Of a stretch of 64,000 nucleotides of DNA, positions 35,159 through 45,014 are shown piece by piece. The notes under the pieces were generated by a model, which did no database searches, was not told the origin of the DNA, and saw only the letters and a program-made list of their open reading frames with translations. Position numbers and translations under genes: made by a program. This stretch comes from Planctomycetota bacterium (GTDB lineage: Bacteria > Planctomycetota > UBA1135 > JACQFD01), in NCBI GenBank assembly GCA_016200225.1, contig JACQFD010000022.1:175362-239361 (forward strand), given 5' to 3'. Positions within the stretch are counted from its first letter, which is position 1; each line of letters begins with the position of its first letter.

Positions 35159-36865
35159 ATGAAAACTCCGATTATAAAAACTTTTGCGGCTTCCGGCGTT
35201 GTCGTTTTCGCGATTTCGTGCGCGGCGACTCCACCATGGCGCGATCCCGTTGCGTCCGGCGGATCTGTTGAAACGGCGCTCGTCGAATGGCGCGACGCCG
35301 CCGGCGCAATGGATCCAGGCGCGGCGACCGCGCGCGGCGACCACCGGTTCGATTCCCAACTCGACCCGACGACGCCACAATTCATCGCGCGCGTGCGCGA
35401 GTTATTAAATCGCGCAAAACAGGATTTGGATGCTCTCGAGGGAATCGATCTTTCGCCCAACGCGGCCGCCGATCGCGCGCTGCTGCTTTTGCGCGTCGAG
35501 GCGGACTTGCTCGCGATCGACAAAATTCGGCCGTTCGAGCGCGATCCGCTCTGGACGTTACAAATCGTTTCGCGCGCGCTGACGTCCATCGAAAACTGTC
35601 CCGACCTTGCTCCCGCCGAGCGAATCGCCGCGTTTACAAATAGGCTCGCGGGGATTCCGGCTTATTTGCAACAATCGCGCGCGGGGATGTACTCGCCATC
35701 GCAAGTCCACGCGGAGACCGCGCTTGAACTTGTCGACGCGCTCGATTCCTATCTTGCGGAAGGGGATCTCGGCCAACGTTTGCAATCGAACGCGAATGTT
35801 GCATTCGCCGAAAATATCAATTCCGCGCGCGCGGCCGTCGAATCGCATCGCAAATGGTTGTTGGGCGTCGTCGCGGTTGCGCCGGGAGGCTGGCATCACC
35901 GCATGGGTCGGGCGAATTTCAGCGCATTCGTGCACGCGGAAAGCGGCCTGTCGATGAGCGCCGAACAGATCGCCGAGTTGGGCGAGCGCGAACTCGAAGG
36001 CGCGCGAAAGCAGTTCCTTATTTATGCAAAAGCGGCCTGTCCGCAGGCGGCGACGCCGGATGACGCCGCAAACGCGGCACTTGCTCGCGTTTCCGACACA
36101 CGAGCGATCGACGGCGCCGGTCTCCAACCGATTGGTAAGAATGCAATCGACGAAGCGCGCGAACTGAGCGCGGGCGGCGCGTTTGCTACATATCCGAGCG
36201 GTTTTGCCGTGACGGCAAACGCGAGCCGGGCGCGCCACGGGAGCGCGCTTACCGGCGGTGAAATTTGTATTGGTAAGAATGCTTCGAATGCAACATTCGA
36301 AGTTGCGGCGCCGCTCGATCGCATGGGAATCGGCGACCGAACTTCCTGGTTTTCAACACTGACGCCGCTTCGACTTCGGCTTGCCGCGCTCGAAGAATTG
36401 GCTCCCGGAAAGGGTCTTGCGCGCGCGGCGCGCGCACAGAACAGCTCGGCGATCCGGCGCGACGTCGCGTTGGCGGCTTGGGACCTTGGATGGGGCGACT
36501 ATGCACGGCGAAATGCCGCTGAACCGATGGAAACGCTCGAACAAGTCGTCATGGCGCACGAGGACATGCTGGTCGCCATGCGCGCAATCGCCGCCGCGCG
36601 AATTCACGGAGGCTCCATGAGCATTTCCGAGGCGACGGACCTTTTCCGCCGCCGGTGCTTCCTCGATGGCGCGGTTGCCACACGCGAAGCACGACGATGC
36701 GCAGTCGAACCGTCGCTCGCGCTCGAACTCGTCGGCCGCGTTGAAATCGAGGAGATCGTCGACCAATTGCATCAACGCAAAGCCCTCTCGCGAATGACGA
36801 TAAACAACTTGTTATTACAAAAAGGCGCGCTGCCGCTTCCGGTGCTGCGATCGCTTGTTTTGTAA
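35159..36865 (+). CDS. DUF885-like secreted lipoprotein/hydrolase (tentative)
   Basis: 568 aa. The lipobox-like N-terminus is VVVFAISCAA. The middle motif SGLSMSAEQIAELGERELEGARKQF resembles the DUF885 GLxxSPEEIHxLGLxE signature. The assignment is uncertain. Confidence 0.45.
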   Translation: MKTPIIKTFAASGVVVFAISCAATPPWRDPVASGGSVETALVEWRDAAGAMDPGAATARGDHRFDSQLDPTTPQFIARVRELLNRAKQDLDALEGIDLSPNAAADRALLLLRVEADLLAIDKIRPFERDPLWTLQIVSRALTSIENCPDLAPAERIAAFTNRLAGIPAYLQQSRAGMYSPSQVHAETALELVDALDSYLAEGDLGQRLQSNANVAFAENINSARAAVESHRKWLLGVVAVAPGGWHHRMGRANFSAFVHAESGLSMSAEQIAELGERELEGARKQFLIYAKAACPQAATPDDAANAALARVSDTRAIDGAGLQPIGKNAIDEARELSAGGAFATYPSGFAVTANASRARHGSALTGGEICIGKNASNATFEVAAPLDRMGIGDRTSWFSTLTPLRLRLAALEELAPGKGLARAARAQNSSAIRRDVALAAWDLGWGDYARRNAAEPMETLEQVVMAHEDMLVAMRAIAAARIHGGSMSISEATDLFRRRCFLDGAVATREARRCAVEPSLALELVGRVEIEEIVDQLHQRKALSRMTINNLLLQKGALPLPVLRSLVL

Positions 36866-36931
36866 CCAACGAATAAGAACATTCAGTTGCCCGGCGTCCT
36901 TCCGCCGATATAGACGGGAGGGCGACGTGCG

Positions 36932-37351
36932 ATGCATGCACTCAATCATCGAATAAAAGTCTTTGTATTCACCGAACGCGGTGGAGAAATACAATATTTA
37001 ATGTTGCGGCACCAGCCGCGATTCGAGACGACGTGGGGACCGGTCGTCGGTCCGATTTTGCCGTCTGAAAACTTGGAAACCGCCGCGTGCCGCCGCGTTC
37101 GCGATGAAGTTGGATTCGAACGTCCGCTCAATCTTGTGGATTTGCATACGCCCGAACGCTGGTGCCTCCCCGATGAGCAAGTTATCGAATGGATTTATGG
37201 TTATGCCGTCGATCCCGGCGTTGAAATTCGAAAAGTCGCGCGCGACGTGAGCGACCTGCGCTGGGACGATTTCGACCGCGCGTTTCGCTCGATGGAACTG
37301 ACCGGAAATCGAGATGCGATTCTCCGTCTGCACCTGACGTTGACTAAATAA
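36932..37351 (+). CDS. NUDIX-like hydrolase with degenerate Nudix box
   Basis: GPILPSENLETAACRRVRDEVGF fits Gx5Ex7R(E/R)UxxExGU except that one Glu is replaced. Confidence 0.45.
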   Translation: MHALNHRIKVFVFTERGGEIQYLMLRHQPRFETTWGPVVGPILPSENLETAACRRVRDEVGFERPLNLVDLHTPERWCLPDEQVIEWIYGYAVDPGVEIRKVARDVSDLRWDDFDRAFRSMELTGNRDAILRLHLTLTK

Positions 37352-37425
37352 ACGATTGGTAGTGGGTTCATTTTACGATTCGAGTGCAGGCAAGACGCGG
37401 ACAAATGAACCCACTACGAACGATT
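37351..37425. repeat. short palindromic element: 15-bp perfect inverted repeats flanked by a 7-bp direct repeat
   Basis: The inverted repeats are gtagtgggttcattt at 37359-37373 and aaatgaacccactac at 37403-37417, with a 29-nt loop. The direct repeat aacgatt lies at 37351-37357 and 37419-37425. A third acgatt copy sits in the loop. Confidence 0.45.
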
Positions 37426-37482
37426 TGTGGAATTGCGTATTGTGGATTTGCATAGGGCGCGCGCGTCCGCCATGCTGCGCGC

Positions 37483-38172
37483 ATGAAGCCTGTGATTGGT
37501 ATCAATGGCGACGTCAAGTGCGACCCCGAACTCGCCGTTCGCCTGAAATGTAATTATATCGATGCCGTGCGCAGGGCGGGAGGCGTTCCGATCGTTCTGC
37601 CCGCCGGTTCGCCGGAGGACGTGCCGTATTTATTAGATCGCGTCGACGCGGTGATTCTGACGGGCGGCGGCGACATCGACGTGCGATCGCTCGGGATCGA
37701 CCTGCATCCGACCGTCGAATTGATGAATCCGCGAAGACAACAATTCGATTGGACGCTGACGCAGGCGGTGCTCGAGCGGCCGATGCCCGCGCTCGGCATT
37801 TGTCTCGGAATGCAAATGATGGCGGTCGTGGCTGGGGGAAAGCTTCATCAACATTTGCCCGAAGCTGGAATCAAGAAAGGTTTGAATCATCGCGAGAACC
37901 ACGACGTCGAATTATCGGTAAACTCGAGATTGCATTCGATTCTTGGAAGAAAGAAAATTAACGTCGTTTCGCATCATCATCAGGGAATCGCGGCGCCGCC
38001 GGAATTGTTCAGTGCGTGCGCGTACGCGCCCGACGGCGTGCTCGAAGCATTCGAAGCGACGGGCGACCGATTTGTCGTCGGCGTTCAATGGCATCCGGAG
38101 CGCGATCCGGACTCGGAGCAAACATTGGCAATCTTTCGAGCGCTCGTCGACGCGGCCCGGAAAAGTAAATGA
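37483..38172 (+). CDS. gamma-glutamyl-GABA hydrolase-like class I glutamine amidotransferase / peptidase C26
   Basis: Catalytic Cys in LGICLGMQMM and His in VVSHHHQGI. Confidence 0.75.
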   Translation: MKPVIGINGDVKCDPELAVRLKCNYIDAVRRAGGVPIVLPAGSPEDVPYLLDRVDAVILTGGGDIDVRSLGIDLHPTVELMNPRRQQFDWTLTQAVLERPMPALGICLGMQMMAVVAGGKLHQHLPEAGIKKGLNHRENHDVELSVNSRLHSILGRKKINVVSHHHQGIAAPPELFSACAYAPDGVLEAFEATGDRFVVGVQWHPERDPDSEQTLAIFRALVDAARKSK

Positions 38173-39263
38173 AGGAAGAATTACCAAAGGCCATGCGCGC
38201 GATCCAAACGCCGCTCGGGAAATGTAAAATTTACTTTGGCGCGGGAATCTTAAGCAAAATAGGCGCGCTCGATTGTATCCGATCGACGCGCGCGGCCGGA
38301 ATCGTTTTTGATTCCAATACAAAACGGTTGTTCGCGCGCAAAATTAAATTATCAAAGAATACGCGGGCCTGCGATTTCGCGTTTCCGGCGGGCGAAACCA
38401 ACAAAAACCTCGAAACCGCCGGGCGGATTCTCGAATTCTTTGCATCGAGCGGCCTCGACCGTTCGTCGGTCGTCGTCGCAGTGGGCGGCGGCGTCACGAC
38501 GGACCTCGGCGGATTTGTAGCGTCCGTTTTCATGCGCGGAATTTCGTGGATCGCCGTGCCGACGACGTTGCTCGGCATGGTCGACGCGGCGATCGGCGGC
38601 AAGACGGGCGTCGATTTAACATCTGGGAAAAACCTCGCGGGCACGTTTCATCCGCCGCGCGCGGTCGTCATCGATCCCGATGCTTTACAAACGCTCGGCC
38701 GTCGCGACCGCGCGGGCGGAATCGCGGAAATGATTAAGATCGCGCTCGCCTGCGACGCGAAACTGTATAATAAACTCTACAAATCGCGCGGCGAATGGTT
38801 AACTTGTAATCCGCGCAAGCTCGAACCGCTCATCCGCGCGGCGATTCATGCAAAAGCGCGTCTCGTCGAACTCGATGAACGCGACACCGGCGCGCGCCTC
38901 GCATTGAATCTCGGCCATACAACCGGGCACGCGCTCGAAGCGGCGACAAATTATAAATATTTTCACCACGGCGAAGCGGTTGCAATTGGACTTCGCGTCG
39001 CGATGGATCTCGCGAGCGCGCTCGGCATGCTCGCGCCCGCGACGCGCGAACGAACGATACAATTACTCCGCGATTGCGGTCTGCCGATTGCGATTCCCCG
39101 GAAACTTACAAATGCGCGCATCCTCGCCGCCATGCGATTTGATAAAAAAAGCTCGGGCGGCCGCATCCGATTCATTCTCCCCGTCGACGGCCACGCGACG
39201 CGGGCGGAGTTTATAGATAAAACCGGGATCGTTTTGGCGCTCGACGCCGCGCGTGAACGTTAG
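38169..39263 (+). CDS. aroB: 3-dehydroquinate synthase
   Basis: VVAVGGGVTTDLGGFVASVFMRGISWIAVPTTLLGMVDAAIGGKTGVDL. ATGA overlap with the upstream gene. Confidence 0.8.
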   Translation: MKEELPKAMRAIQTPLGKCKIYFGAGILSKIGALDCIRSTRAAGIVFDSNTKRLFARKIKLSKNTRACDFAFPAGETNKNLETAGRILEFFASSGLDRSSVVVAVGGGVTTDLGGFVASVFMRGISWIAVPTTLLGMVDAAIGGKTGVDLTSGKNLAGTFHPPRAVVIDPDALQTLGRRDRAGGIAEMIKIALACDAKLYNKLYKSRGEWLTCNPRKLEPLIRAAIHAKARLVELDERDTGARLALNLGHTTGHALEAATNYKYFHHGEAVAIGLRVAMDLASALGMLAPATRERTIQLLRDCGLPIAIPRKLTNARILAAMRFDKKSSGGRIRFILPVDGHATRAEFIDKTGIVLALDAARER

Positions 39264-39274
39264 TAAATTTTTTC

Positions 39275-40807
39275 TTACTTTTTCGCCGGATCGTAGCGCG
39301 GCGGCGGGAGATTTCGCGCGCTTTCAAAATACTTTTTCATGACTTCGGCCGCCGGTTTTCCGCGCGGCGAGTAACTCTTGTCGTTCGGGCCGCCGTCGTC
39401 GTAAAAATCGAAGAAATATGCGCCGGCGAGAAATGTGGGTTTGCCAAATACTTTGGCGAACGCTTCATAACATCTTTTTTGAATGTCGAGATCCAGCCGA
39501 TCGTTCATTTTATAATTCCACGGATCCGTGTTGGTTCCGCGAATGGAAAAATAACCGACTTCCGTAAAAACGAGGTTGCGTTTTTGTTCTTCGGAAAATT
39601 CATTTAACTTATGAAAAAAGGGCATCCACGCTTCCGCGATTTGATCGACGGTCGCGTCCGGATCCTTTGTTAGCGAATTGTACGCCGTCAATCCTACAAA
39701 ATCGAGCTCGTCGATGATTCCCAATACATCATAGTGATCCCAGTTCGCGCTGTACGTCAATCTTCCGCCGAATCGGGAGCGGACGGATCTTACAATTCGC
39801 CGCCATCCGTCGGTATCGCTTTCATGCTCGAATCCCTCGAGTTTGATCAATTCGCTGCCGATCGAATATGCGTCGGCGCCGAGCGATTCCGCGAGATCGG
39901 CGTGTCGTAATATAAATTGTCCGTAGTTTTCGAAGAATCCCTCGCGATTCGTCGGGCGCAGATTTCCGCGCCAGTCGTCGGGCCCCGGATGCCACGGCAG
40001 AACGATCGGAATTAACAATACGCGGAGGCCGAGATCCTTCGCCTGTTTGATCGTGCGCGCGAGCACTTCGTCGGACGGCGAGCGGTTGTCGCCTTTGAAC
40101 GATTGATTACATTTCTGTTCGATATCGATACTGTCCATTCGATTGATAATCCAAACGAAAAGTAACGATACCCATGTCGCGCCGTGATCCTTAATTTCCT
40201 TCAATCGCGGACCATAATCAAAGTCCGGCTCTTTTGAATATAAAGGAAGCGCGATGCCGCATTGAAAACCGAGCGGAACCTTCGCGCGGCGCGAGTGCGG
40301 ATTCGCGAATAGGGCGGCGGCCGTGCGAAAGCGTTCGTCGCTCGCGGCAGGGCCGCGCGTCAGATCGAGGAGCGCGTCGCCGGTTCTTAACAATTCTTCG
40401 TTGATCGATTTTCGCGTGCCGTCGGCGCCGACGGTGAAGAGTTCGCCGCGCAATTCATCATAATCGGCGGGACGTGAGAGGTCGGGGTGCAGCACGAAGC
40501 GTTTGCCAACCACCAACTGTTTCAAATGCTCACGGGCCATCGTCGCGGCGGTTTCTTTTTCGAAAGGATTTAGATTCGCCCCAACTCCCGAGAGTCGGAG
40601 GTTGTGCCCGTCCTCGAGTTTTACGAGATCCACCGCGAGAGCGTCCGTGACGCCGACTTCATGCGGCACGAGATCCTCGGGGTGCGCAATGCGCGGCCCG
40701 GCGTACGACGTGGACTGCGAGCACGATCCCGGATTCAGCGCCCAAAAGAGGCCAAGCGCGGTGATGACCAGGGCAAGCACTGGAACTGTGTATTGCGTCG
40801 GTTTCAC
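39275..40807 (-). CDS. secreted fusion of an SNase-like (thermonuclease-fold) domain and a TIM-barrel glycoside hydrolase (GH5/26/113-like)
   Basis: Signal peptide is present. The N-terminal LRLSGVGANLNPFE...LVVGKRFVLHPD...ELLRTGDALL is SNase-like but lacks a canonical catalytic set. The C-terminal barrel shows NLVFTEVGY (nucleophile Glu context) and a WxxxxNE acid/base-like region. Confidence 0.45.
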   Translation of the reverse strand: MKPTQYTVPVLALVITALGLFWALNPGSCSQSTSYAGPRIAHPEDLVPHEVGVTDALAVDLVKLEDGHNLRLSGVGANLNPFEKETAATMAREHLKQLVVGKRFVLHPDLSRPADYDELRGELFTVGADGTRKSINEELLRTGDALLDLTRGPAASDERFRTAAALFANPHSRRAKVPLGFQCGIALPLYSKEPDFDYGPRLKEIKDHGATWVSLLFVWIINRMDSIDIEQKCNQSFKGDNRSPSDEVLARTIKQAKDLGLRVLLIPIVLPWHPGPDDWRGNLRPTNREGFFENYGQFILRHADLAESLGADAYSIGSELIKLEGFEHESDTDGWRRIVRSVRSRFGGRLTYSANWDHYDVLGIIDELDFVGLTAYNSLTKDPDATVDQIAEAWMPFFHKLNEFSEEQKRNLVFTEVGYFSIRGTNTDPWNYKMNDRLDLDIQKRCYEAFAKVFGKPTFLAGAYFFDFYDDGGPNDKSYSPRGKPAAEVMKKYFESARNLPPPRYDPAKK

Positions 40808-40936
40808 GGATTCGCTGGATTCGTGGCGGGGTGGCCTGGAAAACCTAACTTAGCAATTGGTTTCGCGAGTTGGTACGCGCGTCCTCCACGACGCGTGTGC
40901 GCGCGCGTTCGGATCCGAGTTTCGCGCGGTTTCGCA

Positions 40937-40958
40937 GGCAAAAATTTTCATTTTTGCC
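40937..40958 (+). promoter_or_regulatory. AT-rich perfect palindrome upstream of carB
   Basis: ggcaaaaat-tttc-atttttgcc has 9-bp arms and lies about 120 bp upstream of the carB ATG, inside the 270-bp divergent intergenic region. Confidence 0.3.
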
Positions 40959-41077
40959 AAAAGCTCGCCCCTCCCTTCGCGATGCGATAACCTCCGAAAG
41001 TTTCGACCGCGGTCCTTGGTTCACCGGCAGACGGCGGCGGCGATTCCCGAACTCCAAACGATTCTCGAAACCACCGC

Positions 41078-44000
41078 ATGCCCAAACGCACCGACATCGA
41101 ATCGATTTTAATCATCGGTTCGGGGCCTATTGTGATCGGCCAGGCTTGTGAATTTGATTATTCGGGCACGCAGGCTTGCAAGGCGCTGCGCGAAGAGGGA
41201 TACCGGGTTTTATTAGTAAACTCGAATCCCGCGACCATCATGACCGATCCCGAAATGGCGGATCGGACGTACATCGAGCCGATCACGCCCGAGGCGGTCG
41301 AAAAAATATTAGCTAAAGAAAAGCCGCACGCGCTGCTGCCAACGCTCGGCGGACAGACGGGCTTGAACACTGCAATTAGATTATACGAAAACGGCGCGCT
41401 CGAACGCCACAACGTCAAAATGATCGGCGCCAATTACGAGGCGATCCGAAAAGGCGAGGACCGAGATCTGTTCCGCGCGTCGATGTTAAAGATAGGGCTC
41501 GAAGTTCCGAGGAGCGGCATCGCGCATTCGCTCGACGAAGCGCGCGCGGCGCTCGCGGACATCGGCCTTCCGTGCGTCATCCGCCCCGGTTACACGCTCG
41601 GCGGCGCGGGCGGCGGCATTGCTTATAATGTCGAGGAATTCGAAATGATCGCGGAGCGCGGACTTTCATTATCGATGAAGTCCGAAATATTAGTAGAACA
41701 ATCGATCGCGGGCTGGAAGGAATTCGAAATGGAAGTGATGCGCGATCGTAAAGATAACGTCGTGATCGTCTGTTCGATCGAGAACTTCGATCCGATGGGC
41801 GTGCACACGGGCGACTCGATTACAGTTGCGCCGGCGCAAACGCTGACGGATCGCGAATATCAACGAATGCGCAACGCGTCGATTGCGATTATTCGCGAAA
41901 TCGGCGTCGAAACCGGCGGATCGAATATACAATTCGCCGTTGAGCCGACGACGGGACGCATGGTGATTATTGAAATGAATCCGCGCGTTTCGCGAAGTTC
42001 GGCGCTCGCCTCGAAAGCGACCGGTTATCCGATCGCCCGCGTCGCGGCGAAACTGGCGATCGGTTACACGCTCGACGAAATTCCGAACGACATCACGAAA
42101 GATACAAAAGCGAGTTTCGAACCGACGATCGACTACGTTGTTACAAAAATTCCCAGATTTGCATTCGAGAAGTTTCCGGGAAGCGACGCGACGCTGACGA
42201 CGCAAATGAAAAGCGTCGGCGAAGTGATGGCGATCGGCCGCACATTCTCCGAATCGTTCCAAAAAGCGCTGCGCGGCCTCGAAACGGGACGCGCCGGTTT
42301 CGGGCTCGACCGCAAGGATTTGTATCTTTCCGGCGAAATGCCGCCGCGCGACGAAATATTAACAAAACTGCGGACTCCGAACGCCGACCGCGTCGCGTAC
42401 CTTCGTTATGCGTTGCGCGCGGGCTTGAGTGTCGAGGAAATCGCGGATATTACCAAAATCGACCCGTGGTTCCTGCGGCCGCTCGCGGAATTCATTACAT
42501 TCGAAGATGTCATGATCGAAGCCGGCAAGCGCGGCGGCGACGGGCTCACTTCGGAGTTGATACGTAACGCGAAACGCCGCGGTTACAGCGACCGGCAGCT
42601 CGCGACGGTTTTTAAGAAAGACGAAGTCGAGATCCGCGCGATTCGTAAACAATTCGGGATCGTGCCGGATTATAAGCTCGTCGACACCTGCGCCGCGGAA
42701 TTCATGGCGAAGACTCCGTATTATTATTCGACGTACGACGGGCAGGACGAATCGAAAATTACAAATCGCAAAAAAGTCGTGATTCTCGGCGGCGGCCCGA
42801 ACCGCATCGGACAGGGCATCGAGTTCGATTATTGTTGCGTTCACGCCGCGTACGCGATGCGCGAGCTCGACATCGAATCGATCATGGTCAATTCGAATCC
42901 GGAGACGGTTTCGACGGATTTTGACACTTCGGATTTGTTATTTTTCGAACCGCTCACGACGGAGGACGTGCTCAACATCGTCGAGCGCGAAAAACCGTTC
43001 GGCGTGATTGTACAATTCGGCGGACAGACGCCGCTCAACCTCGCGCGATCGCTGCACGACGCGGGCGCGCCGCTCATCGGGACGAGCGTCGAGTCGATCG
43101 AGCGCGCCGAAGACCGCGAACTCTTCGCGAAAATGCTGAAGAAACTTAAACTTCAGTGTCCCGACAACGGTATTGCGGCAACGCGCGCCGAGGCTCGCCG
43201 GATCGCGAAACGTTTGGGATTCCCCGTGCTCGTGCGCCCGAGTTACGTGCTCGGCGGACGCGCGATGCGTATTGTATATAACGATTCCGAATTGGATAAA
43301 AGCCTCGAGGACGCGATCGAGGCCGCGCCCGACAAGCCGATATTAGTAGATAAATTTTTGGAAGACGCGATCGAAGTCGACGTCGACTGCATCTCCGACG
43401 GCGAGACGGCCGTGATCGGCGGCATCATGGAACACATCGAGGAAGCGGGCATTCACTCGGGCGATTCGACGTGCGCGATTCCTCCGTTTTCGCTCGGCCG
43501 CGAGATTTGCGATGAAATCCGGAAAGCTACATTTGCGATGGCGAAGGAACTGAACGTCATCGGATTGATGAATGTACAATATGCCGTCAAGGACAATCGA
43601 TTATTTGTATTGGAAGTGAATCCGCGCGCGTCGCGGACGGTTCCGTATGTATCCAAAGCGATCGGGGTTCCGCTCGCGAAACTCGCCGCGAAAATCATGG
43701 TCGGCAAGAAATTGAAGGAACTCGGATTCACGCAGGAGATCATTCCGCGCCACGTCAGCGTCAAGATGCCCGTGTTCCCATTTGTTAAATTCCCCGGCGT
43801 CGATACGATTCTCGGCCCCGAAATGAAATCGACGGGCGAAGTGATGGGCATCGACCACGAGTTCGGCCTCGCGTTCGCAAAAGCGGCGATGGGCGCGGGA
43901 TTACAATTGCCGAAACACGGCCGCGTGTTCTTATCTGTAAAAGACGCCGACAAGCGCAAGGCGCTGCCGATCGCGCGGAATTTTGTAGATTTGGGATTCC

Positions 44001-44329
44001 AACTCGTCGCCACCGAGGGAACTTACAACGCGCTGCGCTCGGCGGGCATCGAGTGCGAACGCGTCAATAAAGTGCATGAGGGGCGCCCGAACGTCCTCGA
44101 TCTCCTCGCGAACCGCGATTTATCGTTAGTTATCAATACGCCCCACGGCCAGGCGCCCCGCGCCGACGACGTCCGCATTCGTTCGCGCGCCGTCCAATTG
44201 GGCGTGCCCGTGATTACTACATTATCGGGCGCGCAGGCCGCCGTGAGCGGGATCGGCGCGCTGAAGCGCCGGAATTACGACGTGATCGCGCTGCAGGATT
44301 GGATGGCCGAGGCGAAAGCTAACAAATAG
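41078..44329 (+). CDS. carB: carbamoyl-phosphate synthase large subunit
   Basis: 1083 aa with duplicated ATP-grasp halves and an MGS-like C-terminus. The N-terminus is the canonical [31 protein letters not shown]. Confidence 0.95.
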   Translation: MPKRTDIESILIIGSGPIVIGQACEFDYSGTQACKALREEGYRVLLVNSNPATIMTDPEMADRTYIEPITPEAVEKILAKEKPHALLPTLGGQTGLNTAIRLYENGALERHNVKMIGANYEAIRKGEDRDLFRASMLKIGLEVPRSGIAHSLDEARAALADIGLPCVIRPGYTLGGAGGGIAYNVEEFEMIAERGLSLSMKSEILVEQSIAGWKEFEMEVMRDRKDNVVIVCSIENFDPMGVHTGDSITVAPAQTLTDREYQRMRNASIAIIREIGVETGGSNIQFAVEPTTGRMVIIEMNPRVSRSSALASKATGYPIARVAAKLAIGYTLDEIPNDITKDTKASFEPTIDYVVTKIPRFAFEKFPGSDATLTTQMKSVGEVMAIGRTFSESFQKALRGLETGRAGFGLDRKDLYLSGEMPPRDEILTKLRTPNADRVAYLRYALRAGLSVEEIADITKIDPWFLRPLAEFITFEDVMIEAGKRGGDGLTSELIRNAKRRGYSDRQLATVFKKDEVEIRAIRKQFGIVPDYKLVDTCAAEFMAKTPYYYSTYDGQDESKITNRKKVVILGGGPNRIGQGIEFDYCCVHAAYAMRELDIESIMVNSNPETVSTDFDTSDLLFFEPLTTEDVLNIVEREKPFGVIVQFGGQTPLNLARSLHDAGAPLIGTSVESIERAEDRELFAKMLKKLKLQCPDNGIAATRAEARRIAKRLGFPVLVRPSYVLGGRAMRIVYNDSELDKSLEDAIEAAPDKPILVDKFLEDAIEVDVDCISDGETAVIGGIMEHIEEAGIHSGDSTCAIPPFSLGREICDEIRKATFAMAKELNVIGLMNVQYAVKDNRLFVLEVNPRASRTVPYVSKAIGVPLAKLAAKIMVGKKLKELGFTQEIIPRHVSVKMPVFPFVKFPGVDTILGPEMKSTGEVMGIDHEFGLAFAKAAMGAGLQLPKHGRVFLSVKDADKRKALPIARNFVDLGFQLVATEGTYNALRSAGIECERVNKVHEGRPNVLDLLANRDLSLVINTPHGQAPRADDVRIRSRAVQLGVPVITTLSGAQAAVSGIGALKRRNYDVIALQDWMAEAKANK

Positions 44330-44351
44330 CCGTCGCGCCTTCGTTGTTTTA

Positions 44352-44978
44352 TTATTTCGCGACGACCGGCGTCGCGAGTTTCGGCCGCCGAACTGTAAAT
44401 TTACTTTCGAAGATCCATTGATCGGCGCCGTCGCCCGGAAGCGTCTGCCCGGCGCGGTGGTTGCGTTCGGCGGGTATCCACGAAAAGTACGTCGTGACGA
44501 CGAGCGGCGACAATTCCATGTCGTATAGAAATTTATAAATATTCTCCCGCCCGACGGTCGTTCCGTTCAGAAACGAAACGCTAATTTCAGTGTCGACGAA
44601 ACCGGTGCCGCTGCCTTTCGTGCTGGGAATGACCTTCGGATCCTTGATTCTTGCATTGATGCATTGCCGTGTCACGTATTGCGACGCATTTTGTCCTGGA
44701 TCCTCGTCCGCTTTCGCGAAGGGGTCGTCCTCCACTTGCTTCATATAATTCTGAAGCTGATCCGCCCGTTGCAGAAATTCTTGTAACGAATCGGATTTCG
44801 CCGGATCATTAGCATTGCGCGGCACGCTCTCGGCCACCGAGATCGTGCTTTGAAGATCGGCGCGCATTCCAGCCTGCCAGTAAAGGAGGCCTCCGAGTAC
44901 GGCGGAAACGCCGAATCCGCCGAAGATCACCCATTTGATAGGATCGGGGTCGTTCCAAAGATCGCGAATGATGCTCAT
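44352..44978 (-). CDS. PilO/GspM-like bitopic membrane protein (tentative)
   Basis: 208 aa with a short cytoplasmic N-terminus, one TM (WVIFGGFGVSAVLGGLLYW) and a periplasmic domain. It lies immediately downstream of the pilM-pilN fusion. Confidence 0.4.
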   Translation of the reverse strand: MSIIRDLWNDPDPIKWVIFGGFGVSAVLGGLLYWQAGMRADLQSTISVAESVPRNANDPAKSDSLQEFLQRADQLQNYMKQVEDDPFAKADEDPGQNASQYVTRQCINARIKDPKVIPSTKGSGTGFVDTEISVSFLNGTTVGRENIYKFLYDMELSPLVVTTYFSWIPAERNHRAGQTLPGDGADQWIFESKFTVRRPKLATPVVAK

Positions 44979-45014
44979 GTTTATATATTAATTAAATATG
45001 AATATTTATGATAA

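Noticed and set aside
44330-44400. Hairpin (cgcgacg-accgg-cgtcgcg) just after the carB stop, as a possible carB terminator.
   Set aside because: No U-tract on either strand. It lies inside the 3' coding end of the convergent pilO-like gene, so it is more likely coincidental coding sequence.
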